Shown here one piece after another: positions 22,950 to 33,923 of a DNA stretch of 64,000 nt. The translations under genes were made by a program, and so were the position numbers. The notes under the pieces are model-generated. The model was not told where the DNA came from. It searched no databases and saw only the letters and a list, made by a program, of their open reading frames with translations. How positions within the stretch are numbered: position 1 is the stretch's first letter; every line of letters begins with the position of its first letter. This DNA is from a virus: the IMG/VR virus record IMGVR_UViG_3300009130_000015. One strand, given 5' to 3'.

Positions 22950-25227
22950 TGAAACGTCCTATAAGGACGAAGGCAAACATTCTAAGTTTGTATCCAATGT
23001 GCACTTCCTGCACGATATAATCGATTTGAACCCACTATCGATTAAGTATAAAAAATACTGGAAAGATATAAAGCGAAGATGCATGGAGGGTTACTGGCAC
23101 GAGGGGAAATGGATGCCGGGTCCACTTTATTGGTATGTCAATCTATGTAAGATTCGTTTGAACAAGAGTGAATTCTCCACTACCAAAATATTAGCTCGTC
23201 CTTTCTTAAGAGATCTTGAGTGGGAGAAGGCGTACGTCATAATGGAAGCCAGAGGGTTTTCTGGGTTTACCGACGACAATGATGTTACCTGTTGTCATGC
23301 AGTGGCTGCCTTTCTCAAAGCCAGGGAAGAAGATCCGTCTGTAGATATTAGCAAATACAGAATTCCAAGTAATTGTTTCAAGGAGAATGGAATGTTGAAG
23401 AGATATGAGCACCCAAGAAAATACATGAGGAAAATACATACTCAGAATTTGGGAAAGCCTTTATTCTTCAATGAAGCCCGCAACGTAATTGACATTGAGT
23501 GTCGAGGGGGTGGTAAATCATTCTGGGGTGCTAACGGATTAGCATCTCACACATATCACATGGATGGTATGTATGACTACGATGAATTCCAGGCGTTAAG
23601 AGATTCAGGTCAGCCTGCTGTAGTTGAGGTAATGATTGGAGCGATTGATCAGAAATATACAGTCGATCTTTTGGATAAGGTATTACTTGGTATGGATAAT
23701 CTTGCCGGTGATAAGTATTTGGGAAATGCATACTACAGATGTCCTCTTTACAAGAAAGGTACGGGATCATGGTTTTCAGGTAAAAAGTTTATCGAAAACA
23801 AATATGATGTAAAAGTCGGTGGTGACTGGCAGAAGAGGGGTTCTGGATCCAAGATGTATCATAGGACATTTAGAGATAATCCAGAAGCAGGGAATGGTAT
23901 TCGTACATCACTTGCCCTACTGGAGGAGGTTGGTTTCCAAGATAACTTGAGAGATTCACTGGCATCTATGAAGGATACCACATACAACGGACCTCGTAAA
24001 TTCGGAACTATATACATGTTTGGAACAGGTGGTAACATGGAAGCAGGTAAGTCTGAAGAAGCCATGGAGGTTTTCAACGATCCTGAAAGTTATGACTGTC
24101 TGTGTTTCCAGGATACATGGGAGGATTCCGGAGACATTGGTTTCTTTGTCCCGTATGAACTCGGTCTGAATGAATTCAAAGATGAAGAGGGGAATACAGA
24201 CATGGAATCCGCAACTGCGTATGTGGATGAGAAAAGAGCAACTTTGGCAAAAGGTAAATCTAAACAACCGCTATATAAGGAAATGCAGAATAACCCGAGA
24301 TATCCATCGGAAGCATTCCTTATCACAGAGTCTAATATTTTCCCAGTTGGAGAATTGAAAGAACACCTGAATTGGTTGAAGGCCAACCAACATGATGGTT
24401 TTGTTAAAGGTCAAAATGGTGAATTGGTTTTCTCACAAGGGGAAGGTCAGGAGAAACCAGATTTAAAATGGGTTCCGGATTTAAAAGGAAAGCTTACGCC
24501 AACCTGGTATAAGATGAAGAAATCTGATGACACAACTGGATGTATTCAAATATGGGAACATCCATATATGGAGAACGGTTCAGTTCCATGGGGATTATAC
24601 GTTGCTGGAACCGATCCATATGATCAGGATCAATCTGTAGCAACAGCTTCGTTGGGGTCGACATATATCTATAAGACCTTCTATACACGCGATGGAATAT
24701 ATGAATGGCCTGTAGCTGAATATACAGCGAGACCTTCAACTGCTGCCGAGCATCACGAAAACATACGTAAACTTCTACTCTACTATAATTGCTTGGATCT
24801 CTATGAGAATGAGAGAAATACGCTTAAGATGCACTTTGAACACAAAAATTCTCTATATTTGTTAGCAAAGACTCCGACGATACTTAAAGCAACAGAGGGG
24901 TCTAAGGTAAATAGAACCTACGGTACTCACATGACTGATCATATTAAAGATGAGTTAGAGATATACACGAGGGACTGGTTACTGAAAGACGCGGGGGACG
25001 GTAAGTTAAACTTACACAAGATATACAGTATACCTTTAATCGAGGAGTTGATTTACTATAACCGTGTAGGTAACTTTGACCGGGTGATCGCGTTTATGTT
25101 GACGATATGTCACAGACTGATGAATTATCAATTCAAAGTCAAAGAAGTCAGTAAGGAAGATAGTGGTAGACTTATCGACACGGATGACTTCATGAAAAGG
25201 GCTATGAATGGATCATTCTTTAATTAA
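22924..25227 (+). CDS. terL: Terminase large subunit (crAss type)
   Basis: Walker A CRGGGKSF, Walker B LLEEVG, motif III FGTGG, nuclease AGTDPYDQD and FDRVIAF. Confidence 0.92.
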   Translation: MKKIDRKNDETSYKDEGKHSKFVSNVHFLHDIIDLNPLSIKYKKYWKDIKRRCMEGYWHEGKWMPGPLYWYVNLCKIRLNKSEFSTTKILARPFLRDLEWEKAYVIMEARGFSGFTDDNDVTCCHAVAAFLKAREEDPSVDISKYRIPSNCFKENGMLKRYEHPRKYMRKIHTQNLGKPLFFNEARNVIDIECRGGGKSFWGANGLASHTYHMDGMYDYDEFQALRDSGQPAVVEVMIGAIDQKYTVDLLDKVLLGMDNLAGDKYLGNAYYRCPLYKKGTGSWFSGKKFIENKYDVKVGGDWQKRGSGSKMYHRTFRDNPEAGNGIRTSLALLEEVGFQDNLRDSLASMKDTTYNGPRKFGTIYMFGTGGNMEAGKSEEAMEVFNDPESYDCLCFQDTWEDSGDIGFFVPYELGLNEFKDEEGNTDMESATAYVDEKRATLAKGKSKQPLYKEMQNNPRYPSEAFLITESNIFPVGELKEHLNWLKANQHDGFVKGQNGELVFSQGEGQEKPDLKWVPDLKGKLTPTWYKMKKSDDTTGCIQIWEHPYMENGSVPWGLYVAGTDPYDQDQSVATASLGSTYIYKTFYTRDGIYEWPVAEYTARPSTAAEHHENIRKLLLYYNCLDLYENERNTLKMHFEHKNSLYLLAKTPTILKATEGSKVNRTYGTHMTDHIKDELEIYTRDWLLKDAGDGKLNLHKIYSIPLIEELIYYNRVGNFDRVIAFMLTICHRLMNYQFKVKEVSKEDSGRLIDTDDFMKRAMNGSFFN

Positions 25228-25236
25228 AGATAAAAC

Positions 25237-27681
25237 ATGAGCGATTACTCGACTAACCACATCTCAGCAACCCTTCCGCCACAGAAGTTGGCGTTCTCTA
25301 AGAAGGGTGATAAATGGAAAGAACAATGTGTTGAATCAATCTCCATGATGGGTAACTCCAGGATGGCGAATGGTAGAACTACTTGGGAGAGAAAGCAGAC
25401 CAATTATGATCTTGTGAATTCCATTACTAATCCTAATGATTTCAAGTATGTATTGGATCCTTACGGTTTAGGTAGTAAGAACAAAGGTAGTCAGGCTCAG
25501 ATGAGGGACATAAACCTAATCGTCAATAAGATGAACAGGTTGAAAGGTGAGGAAATGGATCGTCCATTTAATTACCATGTTATGGCAACTGGAGGGAACG
25601 CTGTTACAGCCAAGGATGAACAAGAGCTTGATATGTTACTTTTCGTAAGTCAATCTAAACTTGCTGAACAACTTGGTATTCCTCAAGAAGAGTTAATCAA
25701 TCCTGATACAGGTGAAGCTGAACCACCTAAGACATTCCCACAAGTAGAGAAGTGGAAGAATGCTGATATGAAAGATATCAGAGAAAGATGGGGTAGTGAC
25801 ATATTGACATATTTAAAACACGAACAATCTCTACCATCTAAGTTCAATGCTGGATGGGAGCACGGTCTTACTGTTGCTGAAGAGTATTACTATGTTGGTA
25901 TTTCAAATAACCAACCTATTGTTCGTACATGTAATCCACTCAATTGTGAGTTCGATAGAAATCCTGACAATCCAAACATCGAAGATGGTGATTGGTTCCG
26001 TGAGGATAGAAGTATGACTGTCGGACAAATTTTAGATGAGTACGGTGAATATATGACCGATGCTCAAATCAAGAAATTAGATCAAGGTGATTTAAGACAA
26101 AGTTTATCCAACCAGATGTTCCCTGAGTTTGCGTACACGCAACATGACATGAATAAGTACGAAAGGAACGGAAGTACTGGTGGAGGAACTCGTTCTAATT
26201 CAACTCACCATATAGTTAGCCACGTTGTTTGGAAGTCAATGAAGAAAGTAGGTTTTGTTACTTTTGTTGATGAAAACGATGAGGAGGAAGAAATCTTAGT
26301 TGATGAGCAATTTAAGCTTACTCCGGAAATGGAAGCTGCAGGTTATGAACTTGAGTGGACATGGATTCCTGAAGTATGGCACGGTACTAAAATTGCAGAG
26401 TCATTCTACGTTAACATTGAGCCGATGCCTAATGCATCAAGATCAATGGATAACCCAAGACAGGTTAAACTTCCATATATTGGAAAGGTATATAACTGTA
26501 CAAACACAATTCAAACATCACTTGTTGATTTATTAAAACCTCATCAGTATTTATACAATATCGTATGGTATCGTTTAGAAACTGAACTTGCTAAAGCGAA
26601 AGGTAAGAAGATGGTTATGGATATCGCACAGATTCCAAGATCAGAAGGTATTGATTTGGATAAGTGGATGTACTTCTTCGAAAATGTAGGTCTTGCATTT
26701 GTAAACTCATTTGAAGAAGGTAAAGAGAAGTTCCAAGGTAAAACTTCACAGTTCAACCAATTCTCCAATATTGATATGGGATTATCCCAAGCAGTTGGTC
26801 AGTACATTACTATCCTGTCGAAGATTGAATCTTTAATGGATAGAATCGTAGGTATTGGTCCAGAAAGAGAAGGTGATATCAAAGCCAGTCAAACTGCAAC
26901 AGGGGTTCAAACAAGTGTTGAACAATCGAGTTATATTACAGAACCATGGTTCTACGTACATAACGAAATCAAAACTAATGTTCTTTCAGCATTACTTGAA
27001 ACGGCTAAGTTTGCATATCCCGGTCAGAAGAAACTACACTTTATCACAGATGATGTACTTCGTATATCTACCACTGTTGATATGGATAAGTTCTCAGATT
27101 CAGATTATGGTGTGTTTGTTACCAACTCAAGTAGGGAAACTAAGATCTTTGCTAAACTGGAACAACTTGCAGATAGAGCGATGGCTTCTGGAACTGCAGT
27201 GTTCTCAGATGTTATTAAGATGTTCAAGTCTAATTCCATCTCTGAATTATCTATGTTGATTGAGGAGTCAGAAACTAAGCAACAAGCGAGAGATTCTGAA
27301 CTTAAACAAATGGAGCAGAAAATGCAGCAAGATTCACTTAGAGCCGCAGCGGAAGAGAAGGATAAAGAAAGAGCATTCCAACAGGAAGAAAACAGACTTG
27401 ATAGAGAGAATGATATTAGGAAAGCTGTTATCAGCAGTATGGGATTCGATGAAGACATCCAGGGTAATGAGGTCAACGACATGGTTGCCTATGGTAATCT
27501 TGCCCTTAGCGAACTTGAAGCCGAAAGAAGAAACAACTTGGAGAATAGAAAACTATCACAAGAAACTTCCGAGAAGGCAAAAGATCGACAACTTAAAGAG
27601 AAGGAGATCGCATCAAAGGAAAGAATCGAAAAGCTCAAGGCGAAGACGGCTTTAAAGAATAAAGTACCAGGTGAGAAATAA
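25237..27681 (+). CDS. Portal protein
   Basis: 814 aa directly after TerL. LPPQKL...KWKEQC N-terminus, SLVDLLKPHQYLYNIVWYRLE motif and a long C-terminal coiled coil. Confidence 0.85.
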   Translation: MSDYSTNHISATLPPQKLAFSKKGDKWKEQCVESISMMGNSRMANGRTTWERKQTNYDLVNSITNPNDFKYVLDPYGLGSKNKGSQAQMRDINLIVNKMNRLKGEEMDRPFNYHVMATGGNAVTAKDEQELDMLLFVSQSKLAEQLGIPQEELINPDTGEAEPPKTFPQVEKWKNADMKDIRERWGSDILTYLKHEQSLPSKFNAGWEHGLTVAEEYYYVGISNNQPIVRTCNPLNCEFDRNPDNPNIEDGDWFREDRSMTVGQILDEYGEYMTDAQIKKLDQGDLRQSLSNQMFPEFAYTQHDMNKYERNGSTGGGTRSNSTHHIVSHVVWKSMKKVGFVTFVDENDEEEEILVDEQFKLTPEMEAAGYELEWTWIPEVWHGTKIAESFYVNIEPMPNASRSMDNPRQVKLPYIGKVYNCTNTIQTSLVDLLKPHQYLYNIVWYRLETELAKAKGKKMVMDIAQIPRSEGIDLDKWMYFFENVGLAFVNSFEEGKEKFQGKTSQFNQFSNIDMGLSQAVGQYITILSKIESLMDRIVGIGPEREGDIKASQTATGVQTSVEQSSYITEPWFYVHNEIKTNVLSALLETAKFAYPGQKKLHFITDDVLRISTTVDMDKFSDSDYGVFVTNSSRETKIFAKLEQLADRAMASGTAVFSDVIKMFKSNSISELSMLIEESETKQQARDSELKQMEQKMQQDSLRAAAEEKDKERAFQQEENRLDRENDIRKAVISSMGFDEDIQGNEVNDMVAYGNLALSELEAERRNNLENRKLSQETSEKAKDRQLKEKEIASKERIEKLKAKTALKNKVPGEK

Positions 27682-27687
27682 TAAGTT

Positions 27688-28125
27688 ATGAAAAACAAAC
27701 GAGTAATAAAGACACCAAAGAGATACTTCGCGGGATTAGCGAATATGGCTGGTGCAATGGGTAAAGCAGGTGGTATGATGTCAGGAGCATCTAACATCGG
27801 AGGTGTTGCCGCACAAGCTGTGGGTCTTTACGGATCTGTTATGGGTGATGAAAAAGCATCTAAGGTTGCGAATGTTTTGAATAATGTTTCAGGTACACTT
27901 GGTACAATGGGAGGATCTTTCAATAAGTACGCCCAAAATCAGCCAGACCTTAAGCAGCCTGGGGAAGAAACCGTGGGAGCTGAGACGGAATTCGATGAGA
28001 ACAAAGGATACCGTTTTGGTAGAAGTGCTTCAAACATGTACGCTAAGTACGGAATGAGGTTTACAGGTAACGGTAGAGCAGACGTTAAAAAGGTTCCCAA
28101 GAAAAAAGTATGCTTTAAAAAGTAA
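27688..28125 (+). CDS. Gly/Ala/Met-rich small protein, possibly a minor ejected or virion protein
   Basis: Amphipathic G/A-rich helix and a KYGM motif like the RYGM motif of the cargo protein at 40938. Confidence 0.5.
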   Translation: MKNKRVIKTPKRYFAGLANMAGAMGKAGGMMSGASNIGGVAAQAVGLYGSVMGDEKASKVANVLNNVSGTLGTMGGSFNKYAQNQPDLKQPGEETVGAETEFDENKGYRFGRSASNMYAKYGMRFTGNGRADVKKVPKKKVCFKK

Positions 28126-28212
28126 ACTTTTCTCCTGGTGTATAAAACTTTTTACATATAGCGTGTATATTTATTAACTATCATATATAAACAAAAAAAG
28201 TATATTTGAATT

Positions 28213-29397
28213 ATGGGACAAGAAAGTAAGACAGAAAACTCTTCGTTCGTTGACATTTTTGAACTTGACCACGATAAGTACACAGACGAAGGTTCTGTGG
28301 AAGAAGTGGCAGTGGAAACAGTTTCAGAGGGACATGGGGATGTTACCGATGTAACTAAGCAAAACGAAGAAGAAGCCGCTGCAGCAGAAGCTGCAGAAGT
28401 TGCTGAGAATGCGGAAGACGCATCGTTGGAAGAAAAAGGCGCAGGGAAACAGGCCGAGGAAGAAGAGGAGGCTGGTAAAACAGCAAGTAAGGAAGATGCC
28501 CCTGATACAAACGATGGAACTCAACCGGATAGCAACCAGGCTGAAGAAGTAACAGGAGTTCAAGAAATGATGCAGTCGTTGGCTGACAATGACGTTCTTT
28601 TATTTGATGAAGATTCGGAATACGAACCGACTGAACAAGGACTACAAACCTTGATCGAAGAAACCGTAGAAAAGCGAACTCAAACTGCGTTTGAAGATCT
28701 TAAGAAAAGTTTACCAGAACAAGCATCAGCATTACTTGATGTTCTTGAGAAGGGTGGAACTTTAGAAGATTTCAACGCTATGAATTCTCAGATTGACTTT
28801 AGTAAGGTTAACGTAGCTAATGAAAAGAATCAAGGGTACTTGGTTGAAGATTGGTTGAAGTTACAAGGTTACGAAGATGCAGATATCAGAGAGCGATTAG
28901 ATGATTTAAAATCAGCAGGATTACTTGAGAAGGAAGCTAAGATGGCTCAGAAGAAGCTTGCAGAAAACCAAGAAAAGTCAAACCAAGAAAGGATGGCTAA
29001 GATGGAATCTGATAAGAAGGCTGCTGAGGAATTACAACAGAAAGAAGCTGATGAGTTTAAGGAAAGAGTCCTTAATACAACATCGATAAAGGATTTCCCA
29101 ATATCGAAAAAGAAAGCTCAGAAGTTGTATGATTTCATCACTAACCCAGGAGAGGATGGTAAAACAGGATTCCAGAAAATGGATACTGAAGAAAACCGTT
29201 TATTATACGCTATGATGGCGATGGATGGGTTCGATAAGTCTAAGTTAAGTAAAGCGGAAGCTACTAAACAGACTATCAAGTTAAAGAAGAAGTTGAATAA
29301 CTTCAAAGATCAGCAGGCTAATCCGAAAGGATCTGCAGTTCGAAGAAGTACAGGAAACAATGACGGCGGGAAAGTAAACATCCCATGGTCGATGTAA
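28213..29397 (+). CDS. Capsid scaffolding-like protein
   Basis: Highly acidic N-terminal half and helical C-terminal half, immediately upstream of the major capsid gene. Confidence 0.7.
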   Translation: MGQESKTENSSFVDIFELDHDKYTDEGSVEEVAVETVSEGHGDVTDVTKQNEEEAAAAEAAEVAENAEDASLEEKGAGKQAEEEEEAGKTASKEDAPDTNDGTQPDSNQAEEVTGVQEMMQSLADNDVLLFDEDSEYEPTEQGLQTLIEETVEKRTQTAFEDLKKSLPEQASALLDVLEKGGTLEDFNAMNSQIDFSKVNVANEKNQGYLVEDWLKLQGYEDADIRERLDDLKSAGLLEKEAKMAQKKLAENQEKSNQERMAKMESDKKAAEELQQKEADEFKERVLNTTSIKDFPISKKKAQKLYDFITNPGEDGKTGFQKMDTEENRLLYAMMAMDGFDKSKLSKAEATKQTIKLKKKLNNFKDQQANPKGSAVRRSTGNNDGGKVNIPWSM

Positions 29398-29425
29398 AAA
29401 GATTTAAAAGTTAAAATTTCATATT

Positions 29426-30895
29426 ATGTCAAGTAAAACAAATGTATCACCATTACAGGTCTATCAAACGAGAGACTTTAATGGTCTGTCAGAGTCAAAC
29501 CACTTGTCTAATGCATACCTTACTGAACCTGAAAAAGTTGGTTCTGTATTAGCTTACGCTTTCGGTATTCAGGAGAACAACGTTTTATCTCTGTTAACAG
29601 GAGGTATTGGAAATACTCTTTACGTAAACAATAGAGAGTACGAATGGGACCTTCACGCTCAATCAGAGAAAGCGATTGAATGTGCAATTGATTCACCGGA
29701 TGCGTCTACGCAGATGCCAGGTTACGGAAGTCAACCTTTCAAGTTAGTATTAGCTGAGAAATGGTTTGATGTTTCTGATAACTTAGTAGCGGATGATGCG
29801 AGAACTCAAGTTCACGTTTTATCAGAGCCTTACCAGTCTGGAAACGGATGGGTATATACTGTACAATTAACTGATCCTAATCCAAAAGTATTCTGTAACC
29901 CAGAGTTCTTAAAGACAGGAGCAAGATGGTCTAAGGATTGGTCTTCAGTTGAGGAATACTCAAACAAAGGTGGTGGTCACGGGTACTCAACTCCGTACAA
30001 ATTACAAAACCAATTAACTACTTTAAGAAAGACTTACAAAGTTTCTCGTGAGGCAGCTAAAGCGGTTATGGTAATCGAGTTGTATGATCCTGCTGACGAA
30101 AGCAAGAAAACTAAACTTTGGACTAAATTAGCTGAGTGGACTGCTATGGCTAAGTGGTACAGAGAAATCGATAGATCATTTATCTACTCGAAGTATAACA
30201 AGGACAAGCAAGGATATGTTAAGCTTCAGGGTGAGAACAAAAGACCTATCTACCATGGTGCAGGTTTCAGAGAGCAAATCTCTCCAGCAAACAAGCGTTA
30301 CTACACTAAATTAAGCTACGAAATCTTAGATGAGTTCTTATTAGACTTATCTTACGCAGCTTCGAAGTGGGGTGGTGATCACAAGTTTGTTGCCTTAACT
30401 GGTAAGATGGGTATGAGAGAGTTCGATAGAGCTATCAAAGAATACACAAGAGGTAACAACATCACTGTTACAGATCACGGAACTTTCATCACAGGAAAGG
30501 GTGCTGAATTAGGATTCACTGGATACTTCAGAACGGTAACGTTCATGAACGGTATTGAGTTGACTGTTAAGGAATTCCCTCCATACGATGATATCGTGAG
30601 AAACAGAGAGTTACACCCAATCACTAAAAAGCCAGTTGAGTCTTACAGATTCACTATCTTAAACTTCGGTAGAAAGAAGGGAACTGCTAACATCCGTAAG
30701 GTTGCTATGAAGGACTCGGATATGGCTATGTGGCACGTTTGTGGTTCAACTGATCCTTTCGGAGGAGTTGCTCAATCGATCAACATCCAAAGATCAAGTG
30801 GTATTGACGGATACGAAGTTCACTTCTTATCGCAGTGTGGTATCATGGTTGAAGATCCAACATCGTGTGGTGAGCTTATTTTGAGAGTAGTTTAA
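29426..30895 (+). CDS. Major capsid protein (crAss type)
   Basis: 489 aa after the scaffold, with strongly biased codon usage, a terminator downstream, and a C-terminal DGYEVHFLSQCGIMVEDP motif. Confidence 0.88.
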   Translation: MSSKTNVSPLQVYQTRDFNGLSESNHLSNAYLTEPEKVGSVLAYAFGIQENNVLSLLTGGIGNTLYVNNREYEWDLHAQSEKAIECAIDSPDASTQMPGYGSQPFKLVLAEKWFDVSDNLVADDARTQVHVLSEPYQSGNGWVYTVQLTDPNPKVFCNPEFLKTGARWSKDWSSVEEYSNKGGGHGYSTPYKLQNQLTTLRKTYKVSREAAKAVMVIELYDPADESKKTKLWTKLAEWTAMAKWYREIDRSFIYSKYNKDKQGYVKLQGENKRPIYHGAGFREQISPANKRYYTKLSYEILDEFLLDLSYAASKWGGDHKFVALTGKMGMREFDRAIKEYTRGNNITVTDHGTFITGKGAELGFTGYFRTVTFMNGIELTVKEFPPYDDIVRNRELHPITKKPVESYRFTILNFGRKKGTANIRKVAMKDSDMAMWHVCGSTDPFGGVAQSINIQRSSGIDGYEVHFLSQCGIMVEDPTSCGELILRVV

Positions 30896-30909
30896 TAAAC
30901 ATTCTATAT

Positions 30910-30935
30910 GAGGGAGGTTTTTCCTCCCTCTTTTT
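30910..30935 (+). terminator. Intrinsic terminator after the major capsid gene
   Basis: GAGGGAGG-TTTTT-CCTCCCTC-TTTTT. Confidence 0.85.
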
Positions 30936-30969
30936 ATATCTTTATTGGGAAATTAAAGGAAGACAGAAA

Positions 30970-31782
30970 ATGATTGTTACAGTAAAAAAACACTTTGCGG
31001 AAGTGTCATGGGGAGCTAAAGACTCCAAGGGAAATGTAAAACCGCAGTATGATAACACAGCAACCAAGTGGGTTCCTGGTTTGAATAAAAAAACAGGTCA
31101 GTTAAGAACTGGTCTAAAAAATGGTCAAGAGGAAGCTCGTTTTGAAAAGGAGTTGGGTCTTGAGAAAGGTTCTTTGAGAGCAAGTGGTTCATTTTGGGAC
31201 ACGTTTTTCGTTATCATTCCAGAGGATGGATTGGAACTTGATTTGAGTGTACCGATGAACGAATTGCAGTATATGACATTAAAAGCAGATCCAACGATCG
31301 CCACTACAGAAAAAGAGTCTAAGATGGCAGGAATGGAATTCATTATGACAAGTGCATCTGATGATGCTAAGGCTAAGAATAACGAACGTGATGTAATCAT
31401 GAAAGCGTTCTCTAAGTTTGCAACTATGTCGCAGGATGAAGTTATCGATGCTTTATATATGTTAGGTGAGTATCCTAAATCAACTGATCCAGAGATTTGC
31501 AGAAATGCATTAGGAGATATTGTTGAGAATAACCCAGCGAAGTTTGTATCACATGTAGTTGATCCTTTCTTCAGCGATAAAGTTTGGCTTATCAAACTTA
31601 CTCGTAAGGGGATTGTTCAGAAGGACGGGGTTGGAAAAGGATTCAACTTACCATTGAGATTTAACGATGTGATGTTAGGTGAGTCAATTGATGCAGCCGT
31701 TGCATATCTTAAAGCTCCCGAGAATCAAAATATTTTGATAGGATTAAAAAAGGCCGAAGAGGCAATAAATAAAGGAGAATAA
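30970..31782 (+). CDS. Conserved capsid-module protein
   Basis: 270 aa at the position directly after the major capsid gene in crAss-type gene order. Confidence 0.6.
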   Translation: MIVTVKKHFAEVSWGAKDSKGNVKPQYDNTATKWVPGLNKKTGQLRTGLKNGQEEARFEKELGLEKGSLRASGSFWDTFFVIIPEDGLELDLSVPMNELQYMTLKADPTIATTEKESKMAGMEFIMTSASDDAKAKNNERDVIMKAFSKFATMSQDEVIDALYMLGEYPKSTDPEICRNALGDIVENNPAKFVSHVVDPFFSDKVWLIKLTRKGIVQKDGVGKGFNLPLRFNDVMLGESIDAAVAYLKAPENQNILIGLKKAEEAINKGE

Positions 31783-32519
31783 TGGTCATTGCTGAGATGC
31801 ATACTGAGTTTAAAGTATTTCGTGACGGAATTGATTCCAACACGTATCCTGAGTTGCAACCTGCAGAGATCGATATTATCTTAAATGAGGCGATGGATAG
31901 ATTTACCAAAACCCGTTATGGAGGTAACAATCCACAACGTAAAGGTTTTGAAGGTGTTCAAAAGAGGACCGACGACCTTAAGGTTTTGACCAAATCTAAA
32001 TTCGCAGCAGTAACAAGCGTTCCTTACTATAATGCAATAGGTGAAGCTATCTACAGGGCTGATCTCGATGATTTATTCGATGATGATGCTCAGACTATTC
32101 CTTCTACTGATGAATATATGATTTATATCAAATCAGTAGTTGATAGTTGTACAGATAACACTGAATCATGCTGTGGTTGGAAAAGGGTAAACCTACAACA
32201 GCAGGACGATCTTTCTCCAATAGCCGAGGATCCATTCAACAAACCACTCGCTTCAAGACCAGTAGTGTTTTTTGAAGATGGTGACTTATTTGTTTGGACT
32301 GAAGATGGAGGTGTTATCAGAAATGTTTTAGTTACCTTTATTAAGAAACCGATTAGAATGCACCTTGGAACATATGGAGGTGTTACTACACCGGTTGATT
32401 GCGAACTTAGTGAGTACACTCATAAGGAAATAGTTCAGTTGGCAGTTGATATCTCACTTGAGAATCTACAGTCACCAAGAGTTGCTACCAATGAGGAGAA
32501 CGTACAGGAAATGGAATAA
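31782..32519 (+). CDS. Tail ring (adaptor) protein
   Basis: MHTEFKVFRDGIDSNTYPEL...EIDIILNEA N-terminus and CELSEYTHKEIVQLAV C-terminus, typical of crAss ring proteins. Confidence 0.7.
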   Translation: MVIAEMHTEFKVFRDGIDSNTYPELQPAEIDIILNEAMDRFTKTRYGGNNPQRKGFEGVQKRTDDLKVLTKSKFAAVTSVPYYNAIGEAIYRADLDDLFDDDAQTIPSTDEYMIYIKSVVDSCTDNTESCCGWKRVNLQQQDDLSPIAEDPFNKPLASRPVVFFEDGDLFVWTEDGGVIRNVLVTFIKKPIRMHLGTYGGVTTPVDCELSEYTHKEIVQLAVDISLENLQSPRVATNEENVQEME

Positions 32520-32555
32520 GGATTTTATTATTATAAACTTTAAAATTTAGAAGTT

Positions 32556-33836
32556 ATGTCTAATTACAACAATGTAAATAGAGTATTGATCGGAGATGGT
32601 TCTAATGCTGGAGCTATCACTCACATTTCAGGGATCCAAAAAGGAGACTTGTTTTTAATCGACGAAAAGAATCAAGTAGTAGCGAATGTAGCAGCAGCTC
32701 AGGCGTTACCAAGATTTGAAAAAGTATATGTTGCTGCCGGTATCGACAGCGGTGTAGCGATTCTGTCTTCCCCAATTCAAGGCAACACTGCTTCGAAGTA
32801 CGAAGGTAAAGCCTTTGTAGCACCTTCGGAGCAGGTTGTCCTTTTAGGATACAACGGGAATTCATCTACTGGTATCAGTATAACTGCTGACACTGAGTAC
32901 AGATTGAGAGTATTAATCAAAGACAAAGTTCGTGTGAACGGTCAACGTCCAACTTTATCGGATGTTAACTACACTGCTGGTGCTTCTGATGATGCTGCTT
33001 CAGTTGCGTACAAAGTTGCTGCTTTATACGGTCAAACTGACTTAGGTCATTCTTACATGGGTGATAAGGTTAAGTTAGAGAGAGTATCAGATGGAACTTT
33101 CGCTGCATTATCAAACGACATCGCGGTAGTTAAAGGGTCTGACCTTGCAGTATCAACTGCTCACGGTTTAGGTTCAGCGGGTGCAACTGGATTCATCAGA
33201 ATTGGTGGTACTGGTGCTCAAGCTCCTGTTTATGGTTTCACTGTAGTTGATGCAAACACTATTAAGTTAGATGTTGCCTACGTTGGAGAAACTGCAACAG
33301 TACTTGCTGCTAACGTTGGTGGTTTAACTACAATCGCAGAATGGGGATTCAAATTAACAGGTATTGCTCAAAACTCTAATATTAGCAGAGCTGCTAATGA
33401 GCCACTTGACACGTACACTTGGATTAATTTTGATTCTGTATTCTCAACGGCTGATGATTTATCATCTAACCAAGAGGCTGCAACTTTCACTGAAGTATCT
33501 GCTGTAAATCCTGGACAAGGATTCTGGAAGCAAGTTGCTGATAGAGAAGAAGCTGCTAAAGGTTACTTAGGTGATACTTCAAAGAGACGTTACTACGATA
33601 AGAGAATTAATTCTGTAGTTGATGAGACTGCAACTTATGGTTCTATCGTAATTACTCACGAAGCTGATCAAAAAGGAGATTTCCAAGGAAATTACCAAGC
33701 TCCGTTACAAACTGAAGTTTACATCCCAACTGGGTCTGCTCAAGGTGATGATACTCCAGGTAACAACGAGTTCTTGGCAATTCTTAACGGTTTCTTCTCT
33801 GATGTTTTAGGATTCACTGCAATCTCAGCATTATAA
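32556..33836 (+). CDS. Abundant structural protein, probably an auxiliary capsid protein
   Basis: 426 aa, beta/Ala/Gly-rich, with highly biased codon usage and its own terminator. Confidence 0.6.
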   Translation: MSNYNNVNRVLIGDGSNAGAITHISGIQKGDLFLIDEKNQVVANVAAAQALPRFEKVYVAAGIDSGVAILSSPIQGNTASKYEGKAFVAPSEQVVLLGYNGNSSTGISITADTEYRLRVLIKDKVRVNGQRPTLSDVNYTAGASDDAASVAYKVAALYGQTDLGHSYMGDKVKLERVSDGTFAALSNDIAVVKGSDLAVSTAHGLGSAGATGFIRIGGTGAQAPVYGFTVVDANTIKLDVAYVGETATVLAANVGGLTTIAEWGFKLTGIAQNSNISRAANEPLDTYTWINFDSVFSTADDLSSNQEAATFTEVSAVNPGQGFWKQVADREEAAKGYLGDTSKRRYYDKRINSVVDETATYGSIVITHEADQKGDFQGNYQAPLQTEVYIPTGSAQGDDTPGNNEFLAILNGFFSDVLGFTAISAL

Positions 33837-33865
33837 GAATCGATAGTATTTAGGAGAAAAGAAGG

Positions 33866-33893
33866 AAAGGGGGCCAATGTGTCCCCTTTTTTT
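33866..33893 (+). terminator. Intrinsic terminator
   Basis: AAAGGGGGC-CAATGT-GTCCCCTTT followed by TTTT. Confidence 0.75.
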
Positions 33894-33923
33894 ATACAAC
33901 AACTTTAAGTATATTTACCAGGT

